From: the human T2T-CHM13v2.0 reference genome, Homo sapiens
Direction: 5' to 3' (one strand)
Assembly (NCBI RefSeq): GCF_009914755.1
Contig: NC_060947.1
Length of the DNA stretch: 64,000 nucleotides
Each line of letters opens with the position of its first letter. The stretch's first letter is position 1. The notes under the pieces are model-generated. The model was not told the origin of the DNA and made no database searches. It saw nothing but the letters and a program-made list of their open reading frames with translations. The translations under genes and the position numbers were made by a program. Below are positions 24,700 to 45,170 of the stretch, piece after piece.

Positions 24700-25480
24700 A
24701 TGCACCTGTTTCCTCTCAAGGAAAGTCACTTTCAAGAAAGATGCGGTGGAAAGTCGTTTGTTTGTGATCACCGGCGTGTTGGAACACCGGGCTGGTGAAA
24801 GCAAATAATGCTGTTACCTCGTCGTCATACTGTCACTGGATACGTTTTCCTGGGGTGCAGGGAAGCTCCTTCTGATATAATACAGGGTGAAGAGATTCCC
24901 CCAAGAAGCCGTTGTTTCGGAGTCGAAACAAAGAAAAGCTTTTGCAAAACCCCCTGTCTCTAATTTCGTTTTAGAAAATTAGATACTCAGAATTTTGCCT
25001 AAGATAACTGTATTACCGGGATGCAATTTGCTGTAGGTTGCTAGCTTTCCTGCGCGGGATCCCTTAATAAAAAGTGTCAGTTAAAATGAAAATACAGCTT
25101 GGGTAATTAAATTTAATTGGATCTTGTCACTTTACATCCGCTTCGTTTTGGAGGGTTTCTACGGAATTGCAGCTACCCGGTTTGCTAATTTCTTGACGGC
25201 AAGCTGCTGAGGAGAAGCTGACCCTCCTCTAATCAACTGACACCCTGTTTTTGCCAGGACTCTGAACCCTGCTAGTGACGATAAACAAAGAAAAGGGAAG
25301 GAAGGGCTTAGGGTAGGAAAAGAGGGGGATGGAGTTATCTGTGGGTGATTAACTTGTTCTCCCAGCGAGTGAGCTGCTATTGTTACCATTTGCAGGGGAG
25401 GAATCCCAGCTCTGAGAAAAGGCAGTGATTTTTCCTACCAGGACGGATTTCCATCCCTGCGATATAATATCCGCAGATGT
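24700..25480. promoter_or_regulatory. Conserved non-coding element, likely SHOX downstream CNE6
   Basis: Repeat-free; TAATAAAA(25065) next to TGTCA(25075), TAATTAAATTTAATTGG(25104-25120) next to TGTCA(25125), TGATTAA ~25346. Confidence 0.5.
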
Positions 25481-25549
25481 TTCTTCTAAACACTGTGAGC
25501 ACCTACAGGGCAGCCACCCTTTACTCAGAGAGAGCCAATGCTCTTAATG

Positions 25550-25920
25550 CATGATGGTTCTGGAGGCCACGTCTCCCAAATCAGCCTCTCTGCGCTACCG
25601 TGAACGGGTGTGCAGGACTGAGTTCCTTCTGCAGGTTCCAGGAGACAATCTGTACTTTGGTGTTTTCTGGGTCCTACAGGAAACCCACAACCCTTGGCTC
25701 CTGGCTACGCGTCTCCTCTCCTTCTTCCTCTTCTGTCTCCTAATCTCCGCCTGTCTTCATCACACAAGGACCCTTGGGATTCCATCGGCCCACGTGGATA
25801 ATCCCAGGTCACCTGTCCATCTGCCCGTAACTGAATCACATCTGGAAGCACCTGTTGCTATGAGTGCTCACATGCTCGTAGCTTCTAAAGATTGGGACCT
25901 GGGTATCGTTGGAGGTCCTC
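25550..25920 (-). mobile_element. MLT1 LTR (diverged)
   Basis: GGTTCTGGAGGCC..CCCTTGGCTCCTGG..GGCCCACGTGGATAATCCCAGG..AATCACATCTG. Confidence 0.7.
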
Positions 25921-25947
25921 ATTGAGCTGATCATGGGGAATAGAGAG

Positions 25948-26422
25948 TGTCAGGCCTCTGAGCCCGAGCTAAGCCATCATATCCCCTGTGACCTGCACGC
26001 ATACATCCGGATGGCCTGAAGCAACTGAACATCCACAAAAGAAGTGAAAATGGCCAGTTCCTGCCTTCACTGTTGACATTCCACCATTGTGATTTGTTTC
26101 TGCCCAACCGTAACTGACCAATGTTGTTTATAATCTCCCCTACCCTCAAGAGGGTTCTTTGTAATCTCCCTAACCCTTAAGAAGGTTCTTTGCGATTCTC
26201 CCCACCTTTCAGAATGTACTTTCTGAGATCCATCCCCTGTCCCCAAAGCATTGCTCCTATAACTCCACCGCCTGTCCCCAAACCTATAAGAACTAATGAT
26301 AATCCCACCACCCTTTGCTGACTCTCTTTTTGGAAACAGCCCGCCTGCACCCAGGTGATTAAAAAGCTGTATTGCTCACACAAAGCCTGTTTGGTGGTCT
26401 CTTCACACGGACGCGTGAGACA
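25948..26422 (+). mobile_element. HERV-H solo LTR (LTR7 family)
   Basis: TGTCAGGCCTCTGAGCCCGAGCTAAGCCATCATATCCCCTGTGACCTGCAC..GCCTGTTTGGTGGTCTCTTCACACGGACGCG..ACA; near-TSD GAGAG/GAGAT. Confidence 0.93.
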
Positions 26423-26780
26423 GAGATATTCCAGCAAATATCGGTCAGTGAGGGCTTGAGAAAGGGGGGAGGCCAAAGACTGGTCTACACCGGCTGACCC
26501 CGCCTGCCGGCTCACAGGGCATTTTCTCCTGGGGCCAGAGTTCCATCTCCCACCACAGCTCTGCAGACACAGCATCCAAAAATCAAGAATGCTGGATGCA
26601 TGGAGAGAGTGGGCTTATCCTGAAGTCTGAGGAAAGAAGGAAGGAAGGAAATAAGGAAGGAAAGAAAGTAGGGAGGAAAGAAAGAAGGAGGGAAGGAATG
26701 GAGGAAGGAAGATTGGCTCAAGTTATCCTCCCACCTCATCCTCCCGGTAGCTGCACTGTAAGTCTGGATTGTAAAAGTTA

Positions 26781-27224
<444 letters not shown>

Positions 27225-27279
27225 CTACAAAGTCTTCACAGAGGTGTGGGCTGCACTCTGAAAAAAAAAAAAAAAAAAA

Positions 27280-28045
<766 letters not shown>

Positions 28046-28455
28046 TAGCTTTTGACAGCCTGGCATATCATGTCTTATGTAAAACCTTCTAATTTATAGA
28101 GGGCCTCAGGTTTAATCTTACACATTCTCCCGCCGTATCCTAAATTATCAATCATTTTAATGACATGTAAAAAAAAATAACAAGCAAATCTTAGAGGACA
28201 TCCTTATCGCCTATTTTAATACAATTTCCTAAATCAAACATCATAGGGAAGCTCATATAAAAAACTTACGCCTAGCAAGAAATTAAAGAAATATGTACTT
28301 AGGGCAATCAACGTTACACGGATAGACTTACCAGATCTTTAATTTTATACAAACGAGCTTCTCTTCGTATTAAAAGACGCATCTGGCTTTTTGAATGACA
28401 GACTCACCGGGTCCACATATGCAGAGACGTCTTTGGAATCATAAATACTAGCTAG

Positions 28456-28818
<363 letters not shown>

Positions 28819-29349
28819 ATATTCCTGCTGTTTTAAACCCATCTGTGCATTGGACTTTGCTACCGCAGCCCTACGATGCTGATGAGGATGGTGATTTTTG
28901 TTTGCTAAATCATAGGTTTCTGCCTGTTTAGAAGGCAATTTAAGCGCGAATGAAATGAATCTGCTATCTGTGCAGGGCCCTCGCCAGCCATCTAACCAGC
29001 CATCTTCGACGTGGCCACTACCCCTTATTAGCAGCAGTTCCTGGCACCCACAGCCTCCCACACCCAGAAAGCAAACTTACAGTTTGACCACCAAAATTTA
29101 AAAGTATGTGGCTGTACGGATGACCCCGCTTGTTTGAACTCCCAAGGAACAGAGGAGCTCTTGTTTTACAAGTTTATTGCACGATGATATACTTTAATTT
29201 TATACAAACGAGCTTCTCTTCGTATTAAAAGATGGTATACAGTGGAGAGAGTATGTTTGGATGTTGGAAAAAAATCTCGGAAAGAGAGAGTCTTTTGTAA
29301 CTGGGTATACACAGGTGCCAGCCTCTTGCTGTCCATTTGGGAGAGTGCT

Positions 29350-29785
29350 TTTTTAGAAATTTTTGAAACAGGGTCTGGCTAGGCTGCCCAGGCAACAGTG
29401 CAATGGTGCAATTATAACTCACTGCAGCCTCAATCTCCTGGGCTCAAGCAGTCCTCCTGCCTCAGCCTCCTGGGTAGCTGGGACTACAGGAGTGTGCCAC
29501 CAAAGTCAGCTAATTTTTTATTTTTTACTTTTTGTAGAGGTGGGGTCTTGCTACATTGCCCAGTCTGGTCTCAAACTCACAGGCTCAAGCAGTCCTCCTG
29601 CCTCAGCCTCCTGGGTAGCTGGGACTACAGGCTTGTGCCACCACAGTCAGCTAATTTTTTATTTTTTACTTTTTGTAGAGGTGGGGTCTTGCTACATTGC
29701 CCAGTCTGGTCTCACACTCAGAGGATCTCCTGCTTCAGCCTCCCAAAGTGCTGGGATGACAGGCATGCACCACCACATCCTGCCA
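29350..29785 (-). mobile_element. AluJ with ~141-bp internal tandem duplication
   Basis: GGCTCAAGCAGTCCTCCTG...CATTGCCCAGTCTGGTCTCA at ~29441 and ~29582. Confidence 0.9.
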
Positions 29786-30239
29786 GTTTGAGCCAGTTCT
29801 ATTCCCATGTCCCAGAGCTTCATTGGACCAATGACCGGGCATTTCATTCCCTCTTCCCCAAGAACTGAAGCGGATGAGCTTTCTCTTGGATGTTGTATGT
29901 TAGTGCTGGGATCTGTCAGTAGAGAAGGGTGCATGCCTGCCTTTTTGGAGCACACACATATAGACACACAGACACTCTCTCAGTGGCTCTTGACCTCTAA
30001 CCATCAAGGCTGGGTGCGTGCATGGCCCCAGGATCCCAAGCATCCCTCAGGGGCTGACACTGATTGTTCGGTCTTCTGGTCAACCACTCAGTAAGTTCTT
30101 CCTCAGGCTCCTTGCTCACCTTGGCCACCATCCCCACTCTAAACGTTCCGGGGGCTCTCCTGTCCTGGCTGCAATGATGCCCCAGGATTCTTGGGGACAG
30201 GGGATTCTATGGGGACTCACCGAAGAATGAGAAGGGTAG

Positions 30240-31435
30240 CAAGATAGTTAGATCATAGCTAAATAGATAATAGGTAGATGATAAATAGATAGATGAAAGA
30301 GAGTAGATAGATGGTAGCTATAGGTGATAGATAGACAGATAATAGGTAGATGATAGGAAGGTAGTAGATAGATGTAGATTAGATAGACAGATAGGCAGAT
30401 GATGGAATGTGAGTAGATGAATAGATAGATGATAGATAGATACATACATACGTACATATATACATACATAAATACATGATAGGATGTAATGGATAAAAGA
30501 TAGAGGCACAGATGATAGAATGTGCGTGGATGAATAGATAAAAGATAGATAAAAGGATGTGAATGTATGAATAGACAGATAACAGATGGATGGATGGATA
30601 GATAATAGGATATGAGTGGATGAATAGATAGATAAACAGATGATAGGATGTTAGTGGATGAATAGATAGATGGATAGATAGATGTGATGGTGGGTGGATA
30701 GGTGGATGAACAGATAGATAGATATATGGATAGGTGAATAGATAGATACTAGACAGATGTGATGGGTGGATGGATAGATGGATGGATGAATAGATTGATA
30801 GATTGATCAATAGATAGAGAGATGATATATGGATTTCTTTTAATAGATATGACAGATAGTAGACAGATGATAGATGAATAGATGGATAGTTATTAATAGA
30901 TAGATAGACAGAAAGATGATAGAATGTGAGTGGATGAATTGATAGATGATAGATAGATAGATAATATATAGATAAGATAGATACATAAATAGATACATAG
31001 ATAATAGGATGTAATGGATAAAAGATAGATATACAGATGATAGAATGTGAGTGGATGAATAGATAAATGATAGATGATAGAATGTTAGTGAATGAATAGA
31101 CAAATGATAGATAATAGGATGTGAATGTATGAATACGTAGATAATAGATGGGTGGATGGCTACATAGGTAGATAGATAGACACATAGATTGATAGATAGG
31201 TAGATAGATAGATAGATGATAGATAATAGGATATGAGTGGATGAATAGACAGATAGATGATAGATAGATAATAGGATATGAGTGGATGAATAGATAGATA
31301 CATAGATGTGATGGTGGATGAACAGATAGATACATGGATAGATGAACAGATAGATACTAGATAGACATGATGGATGGATGGATGGATGGATGGATGGATG
31401 GATGGATGGATGGATAGATCGATCAATAGATAGAT

Positions 31436-31481
<46 letters not shown>

Positions 31482-31493
31482 CAGATAGATAGA
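30240..31493. repeat. Degenerate (GATA/GGAT)n compound satellite
   Basis: Direct reading; ends in pure GGAT and GATA runs. Confidence 0.95.
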
Positions 31494-32099
31494 CCTTCAT
31501 GAAAAAATTCCCTACATTTAGTAGAATGCACTAGGACCTTACCCCTGGGGATGCTGAAACTTAAGTTGAGATTTGGGTCAACAACACAATGATTGTTTTC
31601 CAGGACGTGGCATCTGCTGATTCTGGGGACCAGCCTGAGGGAAGGCACGAATTTTGTCCTCCTTCTTCCAGAAGGAGGCCTCTTTGCAAATGGTTCTTGG
31701 GGAGAAAGTTTGCCTCTGGCTCTTTGGTATATTTCTGCATCTCAAGGGACATTTCTATCTCAACCTAATACTGAATTCCTCTTGGATGAGTCTCAAAATC
31801 ATGGTGTTTCTCTTCAGTTTCATGACTGGAGGGGGTGAGAGTCGGTGGGGTGGACACACCCATCCTCAGGACAGAGTCAGCAAGGAAATAAATATACTCC
31901 TGGTTCTCTAGTGGAGAGTTTAGCAATTTAACCTGAGAGGTTTGAGACTACCTACTCTATTTTCACGAGCAGTCTTGGATTTGGGGCCTCACTAAAGAAA
32001 CTCATAAAATGCAAAGCACAGATGTAGAAAATGATCAAGAAAGAAAACAACTCGAAAATCAGTTTTAGGATGAGCCCAGGTTAAAAACGCAGCATACAA

Positions 32100-32426
<327 letters not shown>

Positions 32427-33067
32427 TCATTCGAACCCATTCTTAGTCATCTTTGTGAGATTAAAAAACCACAAATTCTGATTCACTGGGATAGGGTTGA
32501 GACAGAAATCCATGCGAGTTTGAAAAGCATGTAAATTAGCTCAGACATTTTCAAGCACACACGGGGATTAAAACTCAGCCAACAGCTCTTCACTGTTGGG
32601 CCGCTCTATTACCAGGACTTTGATAAAAAGATGAAAGTGCACTGAAATGGTGGTCTTCAGTAGGTGAACTCTTCTGCTCAGAGGTTTTCCTATAGCTGAG
32701 ATATTCTCCTGTGTCTTGTCCCTGCCTTTACTTTCACATATTAGTAGAGAATGAAAAGTTGAAGAATTTGACTTCACTTTGGGTGTTCGTTGGTGCAATG
32801 GATATGGTTGTCTGTTGAAGGGAGTGAACCTCTGAAAACGAAGCCATGGGCTGGCTCTCAGAGCTAAGATAAAATATAAGATGTCATGAAGACCAAAGAG
32901 AGGAGAACCAGTGAAACTGGAATACAGAGTCCCAGACAATACCCTGGCTGGGTGGAGAAGATGCATGGATTTCATTGATAAGAGACTGCAGGATTGTAAG
33001 ACAGATGTACAAAATGGCTCAGAGAGAAAACTTGGGGTCTTTCTCTAGCCTGCTCCCAACATCTGAT

Positions 33068-33348
33068 TTCTTTTTTCTTTCTTTCTTTTTTTTTTTTTTT
33101 GAGATGGAGTCTTGCTCTTTCACCCAAGCTGGAGTGCAATGGTGTGATCTCAGCTCACTGCAACCTCTGCCTCCGGGTTCATGCAATTTTCCTGCTTCAG
33201 CTTCTTGAGTAGTGGGGATTACAGGCGCCTGCCACCATGCCTGGCTAATTTTTGTATTTTTATTAGAGATGGGGTTTTGCCATGTTGACCAGGCTGGTCT
33301 CGAACTCCTGACCTCAGGTGATTCACCTGCCTCGACCTCCCGAAGTGC
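33068..33348 (-). mobile_element. AluS (5'-truncated)
   Basis: Alu consensus. Confidence 0.93.
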
Positions 33349-33599
33349 TTTTTAAAAAATTTTCTTAGTATTTTTTTTTTCAAGGAGTCTTCAACAGCAG
33401 GAACCACATCTGAATTCTAAACCTCTCTTTTCCAGCTGATGACAACGTTGCCTTCTCTGAGTGTTTGACCCATCAAAGCCAAACTCTTTCTTCCACCATC
33501 TCCTGAAGGCACCATCTTGGTTGGCCACTGAAGTAGGCTGAATGTTGATGACCTGGAGAAATAGATCCTTGTCCTAATCCCTAAGAAGCAGAGAATGTT

Positions 33600-34790
33600 C
33601 ACTTACGTGGTAAAAAGCGTCTTTGCAGACATGATGAATGAAGAATCTTGAGATGAAGAATTATCCTGGATTATCTGGGTGGACTCTACATCCAATGGCA
33701 GGTGTCCTTCTGGGAGACAGAAGAAGAGACACAGACACAGAGGAGAAGGCCACGTGGAGACGGAGGCAGAGACTGGAGTGATGCGGCCACAAGCCCAGGG
33801 ACGCCTGGAGCCCCCAGGAGCTGGGAAAGGCAGAAAGGATCCTCCACTAGAGCCTCCAGAAGGAACTAGACAGAGTTGTAATGGATTGAACAGTGGCCAT
33901 GAGATAGACACGTTCATGTCCTAACCCCCAGAACCTGGAATGAGATCGCATTTGGAAATAGGGTCTTTGCACATATAATTAGTTAAGGATCTTGAGAGGA
34001 AATCGTCTTGGATTAGGGTGGGCTCTAATTCCAATAACAAGCATCCCTGTAGGAGACAGAGGAGGAGACACAGACACAGAGGAGAAGGCCACAAGGAGAC
34101 GGAGGCAGAGACTGGAGTGATGCGTCCACAAGCCGAGGGATGCCTGGAGCCCCCAGGAGCTGGGAGAGGCAGGAAGGACCCTCCCCTGGGGCCTCCAGAA
34201 GGAACTGGATACAATTGTAATGGATTGAACAGTGGCTGTCGGAAAGACGTATTCATGTCCTAACTCCCAGGACCTGGAATGAGATCGCATTTGGAAATAG
34301 GGTCTTTGCACATATAATTAGTTAAGGATCTTGAGAGGAAATCGTCTTGGATTAGGGTGGGCTCTAATTCCAATAACAAGCATCCCTGTAGGAGACAGAG
34401 GAGGAGACACAGACACAGAGGAGAAGGCCACAAGGAGACGGAGGCAGAGACTGGAGTGATGCGGCCACAAGCCGAGGGATGCCTGGAGCCCCCAGGAGCT
34501 GGGAGAGGCAGGAAGGACCCTCCCCTGGGGCCTCCAGAAGGAACTGGATACAATTGTAATGGATTGAACAGTGGCTGTCGGAAAGACGTATTCATGTCCT
34601 AACTCCCAGGACCTGGAATGAGATCGCATTTGGAAATAGGGTCTTTGCACATATAATTAGTTAAGGATCTTGAGAGGAAATCGTCTTGGATTAGGGTGGG
34701 CTCTAATTCCAATAACAAGCATCCCTGTAGGAGACAGAGGAGGAGACACAGACACAGAGGAGGAGGCCACATAGAAATGACGGCAGAGTC
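33600..34790 (+). repeat. MLT1-derived tandem array, 339-bp unit (~3.5 copies)
   Basis: Near-identical units at 33921 and 34260 (ORF track repeats with period 339); MLT1 motifs. Confidence 0.93.
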
Positions 34791-35264
34791 CATCTAATTC
34801 AGGACACTCTCAACTTGAAATCCTGAATTTAACGTGTCTGTAAACACCTTATTTTTAATTAAGGTTACAAATAGTGTCCTGGCAACGGTGTGTTTTAGGG
34901 GACACTTTAAGCTAATACAGAGAGTGACAGCTGATTCTTGTAATTATCACAGAAAGGGAATTTTCATTTGCTGGAAGAGAGAAGAAAGCAGAAATTAAAC
35001 AGGCAGTTTCTTCCACGTTGCTTTGGGCTCTGTTTGATTGCATTTACTCCAACCTCTGATGCCCTGAAGTGAAGGGTTTGGACTACAAACCTCAAATGGG
35101 CTTCCAGCTCCAGGAATTTATGAACTTGCATTTTTTTTTTTTTGTTTTTGGTCTTTTGACAGAGGCCCTGAAGCGGCTACAGTAGAAGAAAAACAAATCT
35201 TCTACGAACAGAGAATTACTCTGGAAGGTCAAAAGCTAAGCTTAAAAGGATCTATTAAAACTCA

Positions 35265-36470
<1,206 letters not shown>

Positions 36471-36775
36471 ATAGAATCTCCAGTCCTTGGGCTCAGGGCT
36501 ATTTGTACACACAACTACAGGGAGACTTTGGGTTTCCCGGTTCGGTTTTCCTTTAATCCGAAAGCTCTTCTGGAAAGAAAGTGATATTTCACCTGTTAAA
36601 GCTGCTGAATTATTCTCAAGCGGGTTCCGCGTATCTTGCACCTGTATTGGCCGATGAGCGTGAGAGACGCTCCCATCTCGTTACTGGGAGAGGTGGGACT
36701 GGGGGGCTTCATCGCCAGAGGGATGAGGGGCTCGAGGTACTTACCTTTGTGGTGGGGACATTAACTACAGCATAG

Positions 36776-37483
<708 letters not shown>

Positions 37484-37559
37484 TAAATCAACGCCTAGAA
37501 AGTTTAGCATGTCCAGAATCTTTCGGAACAGGTGCTACCAGCCACCCACCTGGGCTGGT

Positions 37560-39075
<1,516 letters not shown>

Positions 39076-39579
39076 CTGTGCCTGGCTAATTTTTTTTTTC
39101 TTTCAGGTAGAGACGGGGTCTCACTGTGTTGCCCAGGCTTCGGTTTGTCCTTTTAAATAGCCGATCGGGATATTTAGCGTTACGGTTATGCCTGGTTCCA
39201 TAGCAGGGGTATTGAATGGTATGGAATCAAAATCGGGATATGACATTGTTACTGTAAGATGCTGTGAAACCTGCTCTCCACACTCCCTTGTAAACGGAGA
39301 CAGGGGGGTTTGCCCCTTGTCCATCTGCGTCTACACATCATCCTGGTAGGGACTGTACCTTTTGCCCGTCTTTCAAGGCAAAAGAATCCTCCTGGTCCCC
39401 GGGTGGATATATAGGCTCCTGTTTCCAACGCTGGAGGCTGCAGCTCACCCCGCTGCACCCCCCTTACCCACCGCTTCTGATCTGAACTCCGAGCTGATGT
39501 GGATTCAGCCAAACTGCCTGCTGTACCCCATTCCCATTCAATCCATTACGCGGCTCCCTCCACCGACTCCTCATCTCCC

Positions 39580-40230
39580 TGACTTCTAATTTGACAATGA
39601 CAAAGAGCTCCGCGGTGATTTTAAATTTCATAATTTTAATCTGTCAAGCCTGACATTTAATTACTGCCCTCCTCACCTTGCAGCCACGTACGAGGGGGCT
39701 GCTGTGCGTCTTCCTTTAGAATGTATTTTTTCCCCCTTCCGTGGAGGAGTAGACTAATAAATAAGTATATGCATAACTGCCAGGTACAAGACAATGTGCC
39801 AGGGATGGTCTATTAGCCCCAAATCTAGACAGATGAGGTTAATCATATTTCCAAGTGCCACTTTATCGTATTTGGAGTGATTAAAGCACAGCCTCGGCCC
39901 CCGGATGAGACGTCCGTTGGAAACATGAAACAGGAGACCTGGTCTGTGCAGTTTCATGTGAGCCGTTAGAGAGGCACACAGGGAGGTTGTGGGAGCCTTA
40001 TGGGAACCCCGATTTGCTGCGCTGCTGGTTGTGGGGTTTGCAAACAAAGCAAGGCAAGCAGGGATTGCTAAGAGATGGCTCTGGGCAGCTGGGGTACGAA
40101 GGTTGTTTGGGACACCTGGGGCCGTTCCTTGGGTGTCTGTGGGAGGAAAAGTCTCTCTCCACACGCTGCTGTAATAGCAGGTGTAACAGACTCATCATAA
40201 CTGGGTTACCTGTGTTGAGACCGTCCACCT
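39580..40230. promoter_or_regulatory. Conserved non-coding element, likely SHOX downstream CNE7/ECR1
   Basis: TAATTTGACAATGACAAAG (39587-39605; TGACA plus SOX-like ACAAT/ACAAAG), CTGTCA 39641, TGACAT 39651, TAATTA 39658, TGATTAA ~39878. Confidence 0.5.
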
Positions 40231-40233
40231 TGA

Positions 40234-40570
<337 letters not shown>

Positions 40571-40611
40571 TAAAAATATTTGAAGGCATGCATCATCACA
40601 TTCTGAGATCT

Positions 40612-40670
40612 CATGGATGAAGCTGGAAACCATCATTCTCAGCAAACCATCGCAAGGACAGAAAATCAAG
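40612..40670 (+). mobile_element. Short L1PA fragment
   Basis: ATGGATGAAGCTGGAAACCATCATTCTCAGCAAAC. Confidence 0.8.
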
Positions 40671-41599
40671 TCTACCATGAGAAAGACCCATTCTAATATG
40701 CCAAAGCAAAGCATGATGCACCTGGGGAGCCCAATTTCAGGTCAATATGGAAGAAGAGATGTCTCAATGCCAGAGTTGTGTGAGGGTGAAATGGCTTTTA
40801 ATGACCAGGGTGAAATGTATTTTAGTAGAGACAGGGTTTAATGAGAAGGCGAGTTTCCTTCCGTTGGACATACCCCAGAGACCCCTGTGTCCCACCCAGA
40901 GAAAACCAAAGGCAGGTTCCAAGCAAGGGTCAGACGTTGGACTTCACAGCCCTGCACGTCCCTGCTAAGTCTTGGAGTCCATAAGACGTCAGGGGGCTGC
41001 CGCCTGTGTCAGCTTCCTCTCTGCAAGTCCAGGGATGGCAAATGGATCACTTCAACATTGAAAATGCATTTTTGTATCAGTGTGGGCTGCAGAATGTCTC
41101 CAATGCAAAGAAAAACCTCATCATCCCAGGCAGAGACTTGGCAAATACCTCCTATCTGGAATGTTTGTACAACATGGTCTTAGCCTCCATTCCCATGTTA
41201 TACATAATTCGTCCCCAGTGGACATAAAACAGTTCGTAACAATGCAAAAAATGCTTATCCTCGTAGTCCAATTGCAGTAAAAACAAAAAACAAAAAAGAT
41301 CCTGAAAGATTGAATTTTCTTTTCTTATGATACATTCAGAATTGCGGTCCAGAATAATCAAGCTATATTATTTTCCATAAATGTCTGCATTTTTTTCTGG
41401 GAAACCCCAAGGGCCCTCTATGCAGAATGAAAAGCTTGGTCTAGCTTGAGATTTGGCAAGAAGCTGTTTAACACGGAGAGGGGCCAGGCAACAGCGGTTC
41501 CTCAGGTCATTTCCCACCATAAATAGCTCAGTGCAATTTAGAGAATGAGAGGGAAGTATTTTGTAATTTCACTAAAGGATTAAGAAAATATAATAGTAA

Positions 41600-42016
<417 letters not shown>

Positions 42017-42099
42017 TAAATCATTTTATCCTGAGCTTCTAACACACTGGTCATTGGGAGCACATGGTAATCACAAGGAAGAATTTTTAAAGTTTTTTT

Positions 42100-43612
42100 T
42101 AAAAAATGTATCAATGATAATGGGTACATAATAGTTGTATATATTTATGCCGTGCATGTGCTGTTTTGATACAAGCATACAATGTATCGTGATCAAACCA
42201 GGGTGACTGGGGTATTTACCACCTCAAGCATTTATCATTTCATTTTATTTATCATTTATCATTTTATTTCATGATGTCAAATCCACTGTTTTAGTTATTT
42301 TAAAATATACAATAAGTTATTGTTAAGTATAGTCACCTTACAGTGCTACCAAATAAGAGATCCTTTTCATTCTACCTCACTCCATTTTTAACTTTTTTCA
42401 ATTATACTTTAAGTTCTAGGATACATGTGCAGAACGTGCAGGTTTGTTGCATAGGTATTCACGTGCCATGGTGGTTTGCTGCACCCATCAACCCCTCATC
42501 TACATTAGGTATTTCTCTTAATGCAATCCCACCCCTTGGCCCCCCAGACCCTGACAGGCCCCAGTGTGTGACATTCCCCTCCCTGTGTCCATGTGATCTC
42601 ATTGTTCCACTCCCACTTATGAGAGAGAACATGCAGTGTTTGGTTTTCTGTTCCTGTGTGAGTTTGCTGAGAATGATGGTTTCCAGCTTCATCCATGTCC
42701 CTGCAAAGGACATGAACTCATCCTTTTTCATGGCTGCATAGTATTCCATGGTGTATATATGCCACATTTTCTTTCTCCAGTCCATCATAGCAGTGTATAT
42801 AGTTATGGGGTATAAGGATATTTTTGTACCCATTACCATCTCTACCATTTCCTTCCTTCCTGCTACTTTTCTCAGCCTTCGGTCACCATCATCCTCCTCT
42901 CCATGTCCTTGAGTTTAGTGTTTTTTGTGTAATTTTTAGCTCCCACACATGTGTGAGAACATGTGAAATGTGTCTCTCTGTGCCAGCTTGTTTCACTGAA
43001 CATAGTGACCTCCTCTTCCATCCATGTTTTTGCAAATGACAGGATCTCTTTTTTTTTTTTTTTTTTTTTTTTTGAGACAGAGTTTTGCTGTTGTTGCCCA
43101 GGCTGGAATGCAATGGCTCAATCTGAACACACTGCAACTTCCACCTCCCGGGTTCAAGCAATTCTCCTGCTTGAGCCTCCTGAGTAACTGGGATTACTGG
43201 CACCCACCACCATGCCTGACTAATTTTGTCTTTTTTTTTTTTTTTTTAGTAGAGACAGGGTTTCTCCATGTTGGCCAGGCTGGTCTCGAACTCCCAATCT
43301 CAGGTGATCCACCTGCCTCAACTTCCCAAAGTGCTGGGATTACAGGTGTGAGCCACCACACCCGGCCAGGACCTCATTGTTTTTTGTTTTTTTTTCCAGC
43401 TGAATACTATTTCCTTGTGATTGACAAATAATAATTATATACATTTCTAGAGCACCATGCAATGTTTTGATACGTGCATAGGATGTGGAATGGTTAGATC
43501 AAGCTCATTAACAAATGCATCACCTCACATACGTCTCATCTTTAGGAGGTAAGAGCATTTAAAATCGACTCTTTCAGCAATTTTGAAACATGCAATACGT
43601 TATTATTAACTA
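42100..43612 (-). mobile_element. L1M 3' fragments with nested L1PA 3' end (42395-42790) and Alu (43048-43367)
   Basis: ORF 42459..42848(-) matches the L1 ORF2 C-terminus (WHIYTMEYYAAMKKDEFMSFAGTWMKLETIILSKL). Confidence 0.88.
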
Positions 43613-43783
43613 TGAGAATGAGAAAGAAGAGGACAAGGAGCTCTCAGAGAAGCAGCAAACATAGGTCCAAGGTCCTCACAGCATTGACTTAAGCACCAAC
43701 TGACTGCCTCTTAATTAGGTGCTTCCAAGTAAATATAACTATCATCTATCAGATATAATACCAGAGACACCATACAATGTATA

Positions 43784-44580
<797 letters not shown>

Positions 44581-44766
44581 TATATGGAAATTATATATTT
44601 ATTACACCTTTTGTATACATATTGTATATTGCGTATATCTATATGTCTTTACATAAATATGTTCATGTATCTATGTCCATTATATGTATTTTATACATAT
44701 GTATATATGTATAAAATCTATTTATATATACATATGTATCTGTATACATATGTATATATTTATATG

Positions 44767-45107
44767 TATCTATTTATATATACATATGCATACATACGTA
44801 TCTATTTATATATACATATGCATACATACGTATCTATTTATATATACATGTGCATACATACGTATCTATTTATATATACATGTGCATACATACGTATCTA
44901 TTTATATATACATGTGCATACATACGTATCTATTTATATATACATATGCATACATACGTATCTATTTATATATACATATGCATACATACGTATCTATTTA
45001 TATATACATATGCATACATACGTATCTATTTATATATACATATGCATACATACGTATCTATTTATATATACATATGCATACATACGTATCTATTTATATA
45101 TACATAT
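44767..45107. repeat. 32-bp minisatellite, ~10.5 copies
   Basis: Unit TATCTATTTATATATACATRTGCATACATACG. Confidence 0.95.
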
Positions 45108-45115
45108 GTCTCCAC

Positions 45116-45170
45116 TAGCTTGGTGCAAAAGTTAATGGCAAAAACTGAAATTACTTTTGCATCGACCTGG
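45116..45170. mobile_element. MADE1 mariner MITE (internally deleted)
   Basis: TTGGTGCAAAAGT..AATGGCAAAAACTGAAATTACTTTTGCATCGACCT. Confidence 0.8.

Noticed and set aside
30379-31335. 318-aa ORF
   Set aside because: Translation of the GATA/GGAT satellite (SIYL/IHPS repeats).
42459-42848. ORF with real protein similarity
   Set aside because: L1 ORF2 C-terminal remnant in a truncated L1PA; not a host gene.
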